64,000 nt of DNA, taken from Candidatus Omnitrophota bacterium (GTDB lineage: Bacteria > Omnitrophota > Gorgyraeia > Zapsychrales > Fredricksoniimonadaceae). Shown piece by piece: positions 39,637 to 49,806 of the stretch. Below the pieces are notes generated by a model. That model was not told the DNA's origin, searched no databases, and worked only from the letters and a program-made list of their open reading frames with translations. Each line of letters begins with the position of its first letter. Within the stretch, counting starts at the first letter, position 1. The stretch spans positions 14,517 to 78,516 of the forward strand of contig JADFYF010000002.1 of the NCBI GenBank assembly GCA_015233165.1. Direction: 5' to 3'. A program made the translations under genes and the position numbers.

Positions 39637-40436
39637 TGTCGTTGCCGATTAGTATTATTATTATTGCCAAGAATGAGCAATTTCGTATTAAAGAATGTAT
39701 CGAAAGCGTCCATGGTTGGGCCAATGAGATTATTGTGGTTGATGATGCCAGCACGGATCAGACCAGAGAAATAGCGGCTCAATATACAAAGAAGATTTAT
39801 CAGCGTGTCATGGATTTAGAAGGCCGTCAGCGCAACTTTGGTGTAGCTCAGGCGGCTAATGATTGGGTGATGATGCTTGATTGTGATGAAAGACCGACCC
39901 CTGCATTAAAAAAAGAAATTGAAGAACTCTTCTCTCATCTTCCAGATAAGAAGGTGGCCTTCTGGATTCCCCAAATTTGTTATGTCGGTGATGTCCACAT
40001 CAAATATGGTGGCTGGTCTAATCCGCATCTACGTTTGTATCATAAGAATCATGTGCGTTGGAGTGAAGGGGAATTTGATGTGGTGCATCCTGGAATTAAG
40101 ATCGATACGGGATATACAGGTGGAAATCTTACGTACGCCTTGATTCATTATAATTATAGAAACATTGAGGATATTTTTGGTAAGGTCAACCGCATGTCCA
40201 CCCTGGAGGCTTTAAAATGGCATTTGGATGGACGCAAGATGTCCAAAGGCAAAGCCATGTGGCGTACCGTCGATCGTTTTTTCAGACGCTATATTGGTAA
40301 GAAGGGTTATAAAGATGGCTATTTAGGTTTTATTTTATCCGTTTCGAGTTCCTTGTATGAATTTCTGGCCTATAGCAAATATAGGGAGATTAAGGACAAG
40401 GGGTATTATCTGAACTATTTGAAGAAAAGAAGCTAG
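39636..40436 (+). CDS. Glycosyltransferase family 2 (WaaE/KdtX-like)
   Basis: SIIIIAKNE, VDDASTDQT, QRNFG, LDCDE, GYKDG; GTG 39636 overlaps upstream TAG. Confidence 0.88.
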   Translation: MSLPISIIIIAKNEQFRIKECIESVHGWANEIIVVDDASTDQTREIAAQYTKKIYQRVMDLEGRQRNFGVAQAANDWVMMLDCDERPTPALKKEIEELFSHLPDKKVAFWIPQICYVGDVHIKYGGWSNPHLRLYHKNHVRWSEGEFDVVHPGIKIDTGYTGGNLTYALIHYNYRNIEDIFGKVNRMSTLEALKWHLDGRKMSKGKAMWRTVDRFFRRYIGKKGYKDGYLGFILSVSSSLYEFLAYSKYREIKDKGYYLNYLKKRS

Positions 40437-40439
40437 GTC

Positions 40440-41027
40440 ATGAAGATTGTTTTCTTAGACAGAGATGGTGTGATTAATCAGTATCCCGGTCATGGGGAGT
40501 ATGTCACCAGGGTCAAGGATCTTCACATTTTTCCCGAAGCCGTGATTGCGATTAAGCGTTTGAAAGACGCTCAGTACAAAGTCTTTATCATTTCAAATCA
40601 GGCCTGTATCGGGCGCGGGATTATTACTCAGGGGAAGTTAGACCAGATTACCAATAAGCTCATTCAGGCGGCGGATCGACGGGGAATTACGTTTGATGGG
40701 ATTTTCTACTGTACGCATCACCCGGATGACCAATGTTCTTGCCGTAAACCTGGTATTGGCAATATTAAGAAGGCGGTGGCGTCTGTTGGGAAAACTCTGT
40801 CATCCATTAAGGGGGCCTTCTTTGTCGGAGATACCGATAAAGACATTGAGACAGGATATAATGCCGGGTTGAAGACCATTTTAGTGGAGACCGGTCGTGA
40901 TCGTTATAAGCATGTTAAATGGGGAGAAAATAAACCTCATTTTGTTGTTCAAGATTTAGAAGCAGCAGCGGAGATTATTCTTAATGAAAATTCTGGTCAT
41001 TCACGCCACCGCCGGAGCAGGGCATAA
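40440..41027 (+). CDS. gmhB: D-glycero-D-manno-heptose-1,7-bisphosphate phosphatase (HAD-IIIA)
   Basis: FLDRDGVIN, ISNQ, CTHHPDDQCSCRKP, VGDTDKD. Confidence 0.88.
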   Translation: MKIVFLDRDGVINQYPGHGEYVTRVKDLHIFPEAVIAIKRLKDAQYKVFIISNQACIGRGIITQGKLDQITNKLIQAADRRGITFDGIFYCTHHPDDQCSCRKPGIGNIKKAVASVGKTLSSIKGAFFVGDTDKDIETGYNAGLKTILVETGRDRYKHVKWGENKPHFVVQDLEAAAEIILNENSGHSRHRRSRA

Positions 41028-42059
41028 GAAAGCAGCGGAAGCTGTTTACAATGGCCTGTGCGCGCATACCACCCATCAGGTTACGTTAGTCGATTCGCTG
41101 GACTACACTAATCCTCTTTTTAAGGCAGCCTATCCCTGGTCCTACGTTTTTATGGTGACCAAGCTTCCCACCTTATGGCAATTCTTGTTTTGGCTTCTGG
41201 ATATTCCTTGTCTGCAGCCCTTGGTGCGTTTCGTTCGTCGCTGTTATAACGGGATCAATACTCAGCCTTTAGAAAGATTCTTAAAGGAGGAGAAGTTTGA
41301 TTGTATTATTACAACCCATTTCATGTCGGCAGAGGTAGCTGCTTATCTGAAACGTTCAGGACAGATTTCATCGAAGATCATCTGTGTGGTGACGGATTTT
41401 GATGTGCATCATATTTGGATCAACCAGGGAATAGATCTTTTTACGGCGGCTTCGGATTTTACAAAGAAGAAAATTATGAGTCTTGGTATTAGTCTAGACA
41501 GGGTGTTTGTGACGGGAATTCCGACGGATGAGAAATTTTCTGTTGAAACAGATCGTCGCCAGATGCGCCAGGCATTGAAGATTAATCCGGACATGTTCAC
41601 CGTCCTTTTGGCCACCGGGTCTTTTGGGATCGGCCCCATCGAAGAACTGATTGATCTTCTCGGAGGCTATCAGCTGCTGGTTGTTTGTGGTCACAACAAG
41701 TCTCTCTATGAACGGCTTAAGGTTAAGGGAAGGTGCATATCTTAGGGCTGGTTCATAATATGCCTGAGCTGATGGCTGCTTCCGACGTGATGGTGACAAA
41801 ACCCGGCGGACTTTCTATTGCGGAATCCTTGGTGAAGAAATTACCGTTGGTTTTCTTTAGCGCTATCCCCGGCCAGGAAACAGGGAATATCAAGGTCTTG
41901 AAATCCTACGAAGTAGCCACGGATCAGGGAGATTTAAAAGAGATCGTTCAGAAGGTGGATGACTTAAATGCGAACCCCGAAACGTGCGAACGTCTGCGTC
42001 AGAAGATAGAACTCCTTTCCAAACCTAATGCTGTTAAAGATATTATTAAATTACTGTGA
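40984..42059 (+). pseudogene. MGDG synthase / UgtP-like GT28 glycosyltransferase split by a frameshift near 41720-41745
   Basis: ORF 40984-41745 gives the N-part (GAGHKKAAEA, VVTDFDVH, TGIP, VVCGHN); ORF 41733-42059 in another frame gives the C-part (VHILGLVHNMPELMAASDVMVTKPGGLSIAE, IPGQE). Confidence 0.75.
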
Positions 42060-43807
42060 TCGCCCAAGTTGCTTTTGACCTTCCTTTAGCAGAACCCTTT
42101 GATTATATCATTCCTCCGTCGTTGGAGAATCGAGTCAGTGCTGGTATGCGTGTCGAGGTTCTTTTGGGTTCCAGGAAACGGATTGGTCTTGTGACAGGGC
42201 TATTGAATCACAGCAGCGTCGATCAATTAAAGTCTCTTCGGATCACTCTGGATAAGACCCCCTTGTTAGATGCCGCTCAGATGGCGCTCGGGTATCAATT
42301 GAGCGCTTACTATGGCTGTTCCTTGGGAGAGGCTTTGTTTACCATCGTCCGTGGTTGTGAGAAAGATCAGGTCGGGCCACCCGTTCTTAAGAAATCCTCA
42401 TCGGTATTGAATCTTTACTTTGTTCCCTCCGGTCAGTATGAAGCTGTTCTGGCGTCCTTGATCAAACCCTGGGCAGAGAAAAAGCAAAGGGTTCTTGTTC
42501 TTGTTGCGGATCAGTATATCGCCTCCTCGGTGGAAGGTTTGCTTAAGAAGTATTTTACCTCTTGGGATTATGTCATCGGCACGCGCTCCTCGGTGTTTCG
42601 TTCTCTTTCTGACATTGGCCTGGTGATGATGGTGGATGAAGATAATCCTTCCTTCAAGCAGGAACAGACGCCGATGTATGAGACGCGTGATGTGTTGTTG
42701 ATGCGCGCCAAGATTGAAGCGATCGAAGTCGCCTTTGTGAGTACGACTCCGACGGTGGAAATGATGCATCTGGTTGATCAGAAACAGGTGAAGCTAAAGG
42801 AGCATCCCCTTAAAGATACGGTGAAGCTGCAGATGGTGGATTTGAATAATTACAAGATTATGCTCCGGGGAATTTTGTCGCCGGCGCTTCTGTCTCCCTT
42901 GGAAAGCAATCTGGCTCAGAAGCGCAAAACGATTCTGGTATTTAATCATCGCGGCTCCTATGCCATGACCCGCTGCGCATGCGGTTTTGTTCTGAAATGT
43001 CAGCGTTGTGAAAGCCCTATGCTGCACTCGAAGGTCAAGAAACAGTATCTGTGTCGTCATTGTAATTTTCAATTGTCGTCGGATATTCTGTGTCCTTCCT
43101 GTCATAAGAAACCTGTAAAGGGCAAATCCAGCTGGCAGTCCTTTGGATTTGGGATCGAGCAGTTGCAGAAGGCTTTGCAGGATAAATATCCTACCGCGAG
43201 AATTGAAACCTTTGAACGAGGAGCCCAAGAGGTTCTTAAGGATTGGGATATCTTAATTGGCACCGTCGCGCTTCTAAGATTTAAGAATCAGTTGAAAGCG
43301 GAGCTCGTAGCTTTCTTGGATATCGACAGTGAGTTGAATCGGATGGATATGCGTTCTTGTTTTCGCGCCTTTAGTATGGTTCAGCATTTAAGAGTGATGG
43401 CGCAGAAGCAAGTTTTGATTCAGAGTCGTCAGATGGACCACTATGTGATTCGTTCCTTACGGGAAGATAATCGCGCTATTTTTTATCAGGAGGATATGAA
43501 AATCCGACGGGAACTGGGGTTTTCTCCATTTGCCCATCAGGTTGGTATCTATTTTAGGGGAGCAGATCCGACGGAGGTTGAAAAAGCCGCTCAGGGGGTG
43601 TATCAGAAGCTTGCTCAGAACAAGTCTTCAGATGAGCAGATTCATGCGCCATCAACCGAGGGAGTGGTCAATAAACGAGGACAGTATCGCTTGAATATTC
43701 TGCTGCAAGGGGCAGATGTTGTTGCTATGATAGCGTTCATTAAGCAGGTTTTAAAGTCCATCAAGCGTCAGGCGAAGGTCATCATAACTTTTAATGTGGA
43801 TCCATAG
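42056..43807 (+). CDS. priA: Primosomal protein N' with degenerate helicase motifs
   Basis: N-terminal FDY...GMRVEV 3'-binding domain, IGTRSSVF, FKQEQTPMYETRDV, 8-Cys Zn region, GFSPF, C-terminal NVDP. Walker A absent. Confidence 0.88.
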   Translation: MIAQVAFDLPLAEPFDYIIPPSLENRVSAGMRVEVLLGSRKRIGLVTGLLNHSSVDQLKSLRITLDKTPLLDAAQMALGYQLSAYYGCSLGEALFTIVRGCEKDQVGPPVLKKSSSVLNLYFVPSGQYEAVLASLIKPWAEKKQRVLVLVADQYIASSVEGLLKKYFTSWDYVIGTRSSVFRSLSDIGLVMMVDEDNPSFKQEQTPMYETRDVLLMRAKIEAIEVAFVSTTPTVEMMHLVDQKQVKLKEHPLKDTVKLQMVDLNNYKIMLRGILSPALLSPLESNLAQKRKTILVFNHRGSYAMTRCACGFVLKCQRCESPMLHSKVKKQYLCRHCNFQLSSDILCPSCHKKPVKGKSSWQSFGFGIEQLQKALQDKYPTARIETFERGAQEVLKDWDILIGTVALLRFKNQLKAELVAFLDIDSELNRMDMRSCFRAFSMVQHLRVMAQKQVLIQSRQMDHYVIRSLREDNRAIFYQEDMKIRRELGFSPFAHQVGIYFRGADPTEVEKAAQGVYQKLAQNKSSDEQIHAPSTEGVVNKRGQYRLNILLQGADVVAMIAFIKQVLKSIKRQAKVIITFNVDP

Positions 43808-43832
43808 AGGGTATTATTTAGGAAACCTTAAA

Positions 43833-43861
43833 TTGACCAGCAGATATTTGTAGGATATACT
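43833..43861 (+). promoter_or_regulatory. Sigma70-type promoter, probably leaderless
   Basis: TTGACC (43833-43838), 17 nt, TATACT (43856-43861); ATG begins at 43868 with no SD. Confidence 0.65.
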
Positions 43862-43867
43862 CCCGTT

Positions 43868-44107
43868 ATGAGCATTAAAAATTATATTACAACTGACCCC
43901 CAAATTTGCCATGGCAAGCCGTGTTTTAAAGATACCCGTATTATGGTGTATCTTGTTTTGGAAATGCTTGCTGATGGTGAGACTTCCGATAGTATTATTA
44001 AAAATGCCTACCCCAAGCTAAGTAAGAAACATATTGAAGCAGCTTTGCATTATGCAGCTCAGATGGCCAAAGCTGGTCATATGGTTGAGACCCATGCAAT
44101 TTCTTAG
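43868..44107 (+). CDS. DUF433 antitoxin
   Basis: ITTDPQICHGKPCFKDTRIMV...YPKLSKKHIEAALHYA. Confidence 0.9.
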   Translation: MSIKNYITTDPQICHGKPCFKDTRIMVYLVLEMLADGETSDSIIKNAYPKLSKKHIEAALHYAAQMAKAGHMVETHAIS

Positions 44108-44435
44108 TGATGAAAATTTCCGTTTAGATGTTGTTGAATATCTTGAGAATCAGGGACATGACGTTAAGAAAGTTTCTCGACGATCTTCCGATAGCAATGT
44201 CGCTTCTTTAGCCAAAAAAGAAAAACGCATCCTTTTGACTAATGATTCTGATTTTGCAAACACGTTAAGATTTAAACCTAAAGATTATTACGGGATTTTG
44301 GTTTTTCGTATCCATTCGCCTCGATTCCATAAATTTAAAGAGACCTTGGAAGAGTTCTTGGCCATATATGGTTCAAGCTTAATTAAAGGTAAGTTGTTTA
44401 TTATAGATGGCTCTACCTTCTTGGAGATTGAATAA
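44094..44435 (+). CDS. DUF5615 PIN-like toxin
   Basis: FLSDEN, GHDV, SDSNV, RILLTNDSDF; ATG 44094 overlaps the antitoxin end. Confidence 0.85.
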   Translation: MQFLSDENFRLDVVEYLENQGHDVKKVSRRSSDSNVASLAKKEKRILLTNDSDFANTLRFKPKDYYGILVFRIHSPRFHKFKETLEEFLAIYGSSLIKGKLFIIDGSTFLEIE

Positions 44436-44439
44436 TAAA

Positions 44440-45363
44440 ATGCGTATTGTTTTTTTTGGTAGTGATGATTTTGCTGCGGTCTGTTTAAAGGAGCTTCTTC
44501 AGAGTTCTCATACCGTCGTCGGCTGTGTCACCGGACCTGATAAACGTCAGGGACGCGGGATGCAGCTGGCGCTGTCTCCTATAAAAGAAATCGCCTTGGC
44601 GCATGAGATCAGCTGTCTTCAGCCGGAGTCTTTGAAGCTGGATTCTATTCAGGAGCAACTCAAGGTTTTTGCAGCGGATATTTTTGTCGTCGTCGCCTAT
44701 GGTCGCCTTCTTCCTCAAGCGGTGTTGGATATCCCTAAGTTCTTTTGCATTAATATTCATGGCTCCTTACTTCCTCAATACCGAGGAGCAGCTCCGGTTA
44801 ATTGGGCGATTATCAATGGAGACAGACAGACGGGGGTGACGATTCAAAAGATGATTTTTGAATTAGATGCGGGGGATGTGATCTCCCAGGAAGTCATGCC
44901 GTTGTCTGAAGGGATCACTTCCGAAGAATTGCGTCTGCAGATGGCAGAGGTGGGAGCAAAGCTGTTAGTCAAGACCCTCGATGCTATTGCCAGCAACAGG
45001 TATACGTGTACACCTCAGGATAAGTCTAAGATATCCTATGCGACTAAGTTAACAAAGGAGTTGGGCCATATTGCCTGGGACAAATCAGCGACTGAGATTG
45101 AACGGCTGATTCGTGGTCTGAAACCCTGGCCTGGAACCTTCACCCACTTCAAAGGCAAGGGACTTAAGATTTTGGAAGCAACGGTTGTTCCAATTCAGGG
45201 TTCAGCAGGAACAGTTTTGGATATCAGCAAGGAAGGTTTTGTCGTCGCCTGCGCTCAGGATGCTCTGTTAGTCAAGCGCGTTCATTTAGAAGCCTCCAAA
45301 CCCGTGTCGGCCTATGATTTTGTTCAGGGACATCGGCTAGCTGTTGGAGATCAGTTAAATTAG
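44440..45363 (+). CDS. fmt: Methionyl-tRNA formyltransferase
   Basis: MRIVFFGS, PDKRQGRG, VVAYG, NIHGSLLPQYRGAAP, LDAGD, PWPG. ATG 44440. Confidence 0.95.
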   Translation: MRIVFFGSDDFAAVCLKELLQSSHTVVGCVTGPDKRQGRGMQLALSPIKEIALAHEISCLQPESLKLDSIQEQLKVFAADIFVVVAYGRLLPQAVLDIPKFFCINIHGSLLPQYRGAAPVNWAIINGDRQTGVTIQKMIFELDAGDVISQEVMPLSEGITSEELRLQMAEVGAKLLVKTLDAIASNRYTCTPQDKSKISYATKLTKELGHIAWDKSATEIERLIRGLKPWPGTFTHFKGKGLKILEATVVPIQGSAGTVLDISKEGFVVACAQDALLVKRVHLEASKPVSAYDFVQGHRLAVGDQLN

Positions 45364-45366
45364 GAC

Positions 45367-45433
45367 AAATTAGGGACAGCGCCCTATTTTCATTGAATAA
45401 TAAATATAAAAAATAGGGCGCTGTCCCTAATTT
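45367..45433. repeat. Perfect 24-bp inverted repeat with AT-rich spacer (MITE/REP-like, possible terminator)
   Basis: AAATTAGGGACAGCGCCCTATTTT (45367-45390) and its exact reverse complement (45410-45433). Confidence 0.85.
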
Positions 45434-45450
45434 AATATATAATTGCCACT

Positions 45451-46437
45451 ATGCCTCAAATACGAAAAGATTTAATTGTTTCTCGATGGGTGATTGTAGC
45501 GACGGAACGCGCACGGCGTCCGGCTGCTTTTGTTGATCCTGTTAAGCATTCTACGGATTCTGCTCATTGTCCTTTTTGCAAACCTTCTGCGGAACAGCCC
45601 TTGTTAACGAATGGCCAGGTGAAGGTTTTTAAAAGCGGGACCCCTTTCTTCTCGGATGCGCAACCTTTTAATCGTCAGAAACATGGCCTCTATGAAACAT
45701 CTCCTAGCTGGGGAAGTCATGAAGTTGTCGTCGAAAGCCCTGATCACATTGCCAATATGGCCGATCTGCCCTTGGAGGATATTCAGAAGGTTTTTGAAAC
45801 GTATGCTAAGCGCATGGAGATTCATCATAAAGATCACACGATCCGTTATGTGTTGGCTTATAAGAATTACGGTGTTGCTGCCGGTAGCCGTCCGATTGGT
45901 CATGCGCGTTCGCAAATCATGGCTGTTCCCGTCAATCCCATTCGAGTCAAAGATAAGATTACCGGAGCTAAACGCTATTTTGATTTTCATGAACGATGTT
46001 TATTTTGTGACCTGATTCAACAGGAACGCAAGGACTCTTCCCGGGTGATTTTAGAAAACAGGGAGTTCATAGCGATGACACCCTTTGCTTCACGCTTTCC
46101 TTTCGAAGTTTGGGTTATCCCTAAGCGTCATTCTTGTAATTTCGCCCAGGGGATTGCGGGTAATGAGAATCAGTTGGCTCAGATTATGAAGGAGCTTTTG
46201 TTGCGTTTTAAGGTCGGGCTTAAAGATCCTGCGTATAATTATGTGATTCAATCCGCTCCTTTTGAAAATGGGGGAGGGTATAAACGTTATCCGACCATTG
46301 AAGAAGATTACCACTGGCATATTGAATTAACACCTCGTTTAACCCGTGTGGCTGGTTTTGAGAGGGGAACAGGTTTTTATATTAATCCTATCCCGCCTGA
46401 GAAAACAGCGGAGTTTTTAAGGGAAATCAAAATTTAA
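45451..46437 (+). CDS. GalT-family nucleotidyltransferase paralog 1 (catalytic His replaced)
   Basis: WVIVATERARRP, CPFC, HEVVVESPDH, CLFC, YHWHIE, GFERGTG; active-site motif reads HARSQ. Confidence 0.85.
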   Translation: MPQIRKDLIVSRWVIVATERARRPAAFVDPVKHSTDSAHCPFCKPSAEQPLLTNGQVKVFKSGTPFFSDAQPFNRQKHGLYETSPSWGSHEVVVESPDHIANMADLPLEDIQKVFETYAKRMEIHHKDHTIRYVLAYKNYGVAAGSRPIGHARSQIMAVPVNPIRVKDKITGAKRYFDFHERCLFCDLIQQERKDSSRVILENREFIAMTPFASRFPFEVWVIPKRHSCNFAQGIAGNENQLAQIMKELLLRFKVGLKDPAYNYVIQSAPFENGGGYKRYPTIEEDYHWHIELTPRLTRVAGFERGTGFYINPIPPEKTAEFLREIKI

Positions 46438-47429
46438 TGTCTCAACTGCGTCGTGACCCTATTGTTGGTCGTTGGGTGGTTATTGATAATGACCATCCTT
46501 TGGTACCTAAGGATTTTTCTAAGGAAGATCATTCTCTGCATCAGAAGGCAACTTGTCCATTTTGTCCTGGTCGTGAAAATCGCACCCCCCCTGAAGTGGA
46601 TGCTATCCGTTTAAATGGGGCAACAGGTATTTCTGATTGGAAGCTCCGAACGGTTCCCAATAAGTTTCCAGCTCTCCTCAAAGAAGAGGTTATGGAAAAG
46701 AAAGCCCTGGGGATGTTTGATGTGATCTCCGGACATGGGGCCCATGAGGTTGTGATTGAAACGAATGATCACGCCAAACAGATGGCAGATTTCAGCGTTT
46801 CTGAGATGATTCTGGTTCTTAATCAGTATCAGCGTCGTTATAAGGTCTTGGCGGCGGATCATGCTTTTAAATACATTGTGATTTTTAAGAATTTTGGAAC
46901 TTCTGCAGGGGCAACCATTGAACATAGCCATTCTCAGGTTATTGCTCTGCCCATGGTTCCTAAATCTGTTTTGGAAGAAATTCAAGGGGCTGAAGTCTAT
47001 CATTCTGCCCATGGTGGTTGTGTCTTTTGCTCGATGCTGCAGCAAGAGTATCAGGATAGGGATCGTTTGATTTCAGAGAATAATACCTTTGTGAGCTTTT
47101 GTCCTTTTGCACCGCGCTATGCCTTTGAAACATGGATTATGCCTAAGGAGCATCAGGCGCATTTTGTGGATTTAGATGAGGGGGGTATTGGTGACCTGGC
47201 ACATCAGCTGTTAGATATGCTGAATCGAATGAAGAGATGTCTTTCTAATCCTTCTTATAATTTTTATCTGCATACGGCCCCTATTAAGTACGGTCGTGCG
47301 AATTGCTATCATTGGCATATTGAAATTATCCCCAAGTTGACCCGCAGCATTGGTTTTGAGTGGGGTACAGGTCTGCAGATTGTTCCTACCTTCCCTCATG
47401 AAGCCGCCCGCTTTTTAAGAGATAGTTAA
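46437..47429 (+). CDS. galT: Galactose-1-phosphate uridylyltransferase family protein, paralog 2
   Basis: CPFCPG, VPNKFPAL, HEVVIE, AGATIEHSHSQ (intact HxHxQ), YHWHIE. Confidence 0.88.
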   Translation: MSQLRRDPIVGRWVVIDNDHPLVPKDFSKEDHSLHQKATCPFCPGRENRTPPEVDAIRLNGATGISDWKLRTVPNKFPALLKEEVMEKKALGMFDVISGHGAHEVVIETNDHAKQMADFSVSEMILVLNQYQRRYKVLAADHAFKYIVIFKNFGTSAGATIEHSHSQVIALPMVPKSVLEEIQGAEVYHSAHGGCVFCSMLQQEYQDRDRLISENNTFVSFCPFAPRYAFETWIMPKEHQAHFVDLDEGGIGDLAHQLLDMLNRMKRCLSNPSYNFYLHTAPIKYGRANCYHWHIEIIPKLTRSIGFEWGTGLQIVPTFPHEAARFLRDS

Positions 47430-47434
47430 AGCTA

Positions 47435-47463
47435 TTGACAAAAAAGGTCGAGGATATTATTGT
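47435..47463 (+). promoter_or_regulatory. Putative promoter of gap
   Basis: TTGACA (47435-47440), 17 nt, TATTGT; SD AAGGAG before ATG 47551. Confidence 0.5.
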
Positions 47464-47532
47464 ATTTTTTCTTTCAACCTTTATGAAGTCCCCTGTGACG
47501 GGATTTAAGCAGGATTTAGTATTAACGATTAA

Positions 47533-48611
<1,079 letters not shown>

Positions 48612-48612
<1 letters not shown>

Positions 48613-48974
48613 TGGCGATTAAGAAAGAATACGTTTGGCAAAAACAGTCGATAGCCTCAGATTTAGAGGTTATCGACTGTTTAGTTTATGATCCTATTTC
48701 TGATTTTCGGATGGATCCGTCGGGATGTTATGTTTTAATCCGTCCCTTAATCAAGGAACAGATCATTGAAGTTGCCATTTGCGATAAGAAACATGTGATC
48801 ATTAAGGTATTTAGAGGGAAGAAGTCCCAGGACGTCTATCACGGCATCTTTACATATGAGAAGAAACACAAGGTGGAATGGTTTAAGAGCAAGCATCACA
48901 TCGCCTATCTGGGTAAGGAATTAAAGAAGGCAGAGTGGGCTTTAAGGGGGCAAGACGAGTATTGGCAGGAATAA
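48612..48974 (+). CDS. DUF4346 domain protein
   Basis: DPSGCYVLI and HIAYLGKELKKAE motifs. Confidence 0.7.
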
Positions 48975-49013
48975 AGCATTGACTAATAGCATCTTTTATG
49001 GAGAATACAGCTC

Positions 49014-49508
49014 ATGTTAACACTATTCATTCTAAGTTTTGGAATTCTTTCCCGCATCGTGGTGCACACGCCTAACTTTACGCCCGTGTTAGCCTTGGCT
49101 TTATTTGGTGGTATGTATTTGAAAGGTCGTCAGGGAATTTGGGTGCCCTTGGTGTTGATGGCTATCAGTGATGTTGTCCTGGGATGGCATGACACCATGG
49201 TTTATACCTGGGGAAGTATTCTTCTGATTAGTCTGATGGGACTTTGGCTGAAAGAACATAAGAGCTGGGTGAATGTTGCTTTGGGAAGTCTTTTATCCTC
49301 GGTAGTTTTCTTTGTGATCACTAATTTTGGTGCTTATTTAAGTTTATATCCGCATACCTTAGCTGGTTTGCAGGAATGTTATATTGCTGCTATCCCATTT
49401 TATAGAAGCACCTTGGTTTCAACGTTGGCGTATAGTTTAGTTTTGTTCTCTATCTGGGAAATTTTGTTATCCCGTCGAGAGAATCCGTTTTTAATGAAGA
49501 TGTTATAA
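49014..49508 (+). CDS. DUF6580-type small membrane protein (putative vitamin/B12 transport, ECF S-component-like)
   Basis: PNFTPVLALALFGG, ISD, FFVITNF, CYIAAIPF; next to a B12 riboswitch and btuB. Confidence 0.7.
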   Translation: MLTLFILSFGILSRIVVHTPNFTPVLALALFGGMYLKGRQGIWVPLVLMAISDVVLGWHDTMVYTWGSILLISLMGLWLKEHKSWVNVALGSLLSSVVFFVITNFGAYLSLYPHTLAGLQECYIAAIPFYRSTLVSTLAYSLVLFSIWEILLSRRENPFLMKML

Positions 49509-49514
49509 AATAGT

Positions 49515-49630
49515 ATATCTATCGGGGGAACATCCGTTTAAATCGGAGACAGTCCCGCTGCGGTGATCCTGCGAAGCTGCCGAATGAAAATTCTGCAGCG
49601 AAGCAGGAAAGTCCGAATGCCTGATGGATA
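49515..49630 (+). ncRNA. Cobalamin riboswitch aptamer
   Basis: GGGGAA-catCCGtttAAAtCGG-agacaGTCCCGCTGCGGTGA...AAGTCCGAAtgCC matches the B12-box layout; upstream of a BtuB-like gene. Boundaries approximate. Confidence 0.8.
49568..49607 (+). repeat. GAA/GAA-GAAA hairpin element copy C, inside the aptamer variable region
   Basis: CCTGC-GAA-GCTGC-C-GAAT-GAAA-ATTC-T-GCAGC-GAA-GCAGG. Confidence 0.7.
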
Positions 49631-49718
49631 TTTCATAGCAAAATGTTTATCTGCCGTAAGGTAGGCCTGCGAGAGAACAGGACATAATGCGCATATATTG
49701 AGTTTAGTGTCAGGGACA

Positions 49719-49793
49719 CCCTCAATCGTTTTCTGCTTCGTCAAAATACTTTCGTGTTTGACTTCGCAGGAATTGGTTGGGGGTTATTTATTT
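49719..49793 (+). terminator. Riboswitch expression-platform terminator whose top is hairpin element copy D (49733-49770, minus orientation)
   Basis: CCCTCAATCGTTTTCTGC (49719-49736) pairs with GCAGGAATTGGTTGGGGG (49766-49783) with G-U pairs and one mismatch, followed by TTATTTATTT; SD AGGAGG at 49796-49801. Confidence 0.65.
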
Positions 49794-49806
49794 CTAGGAG
49801 GTCTTA

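Noticed and set aside
49538-49744. 68-aa minus-strand ORF
   Set aside because: Lies antisense over the riboswitch and hairpins; no SD or recognisable motif.
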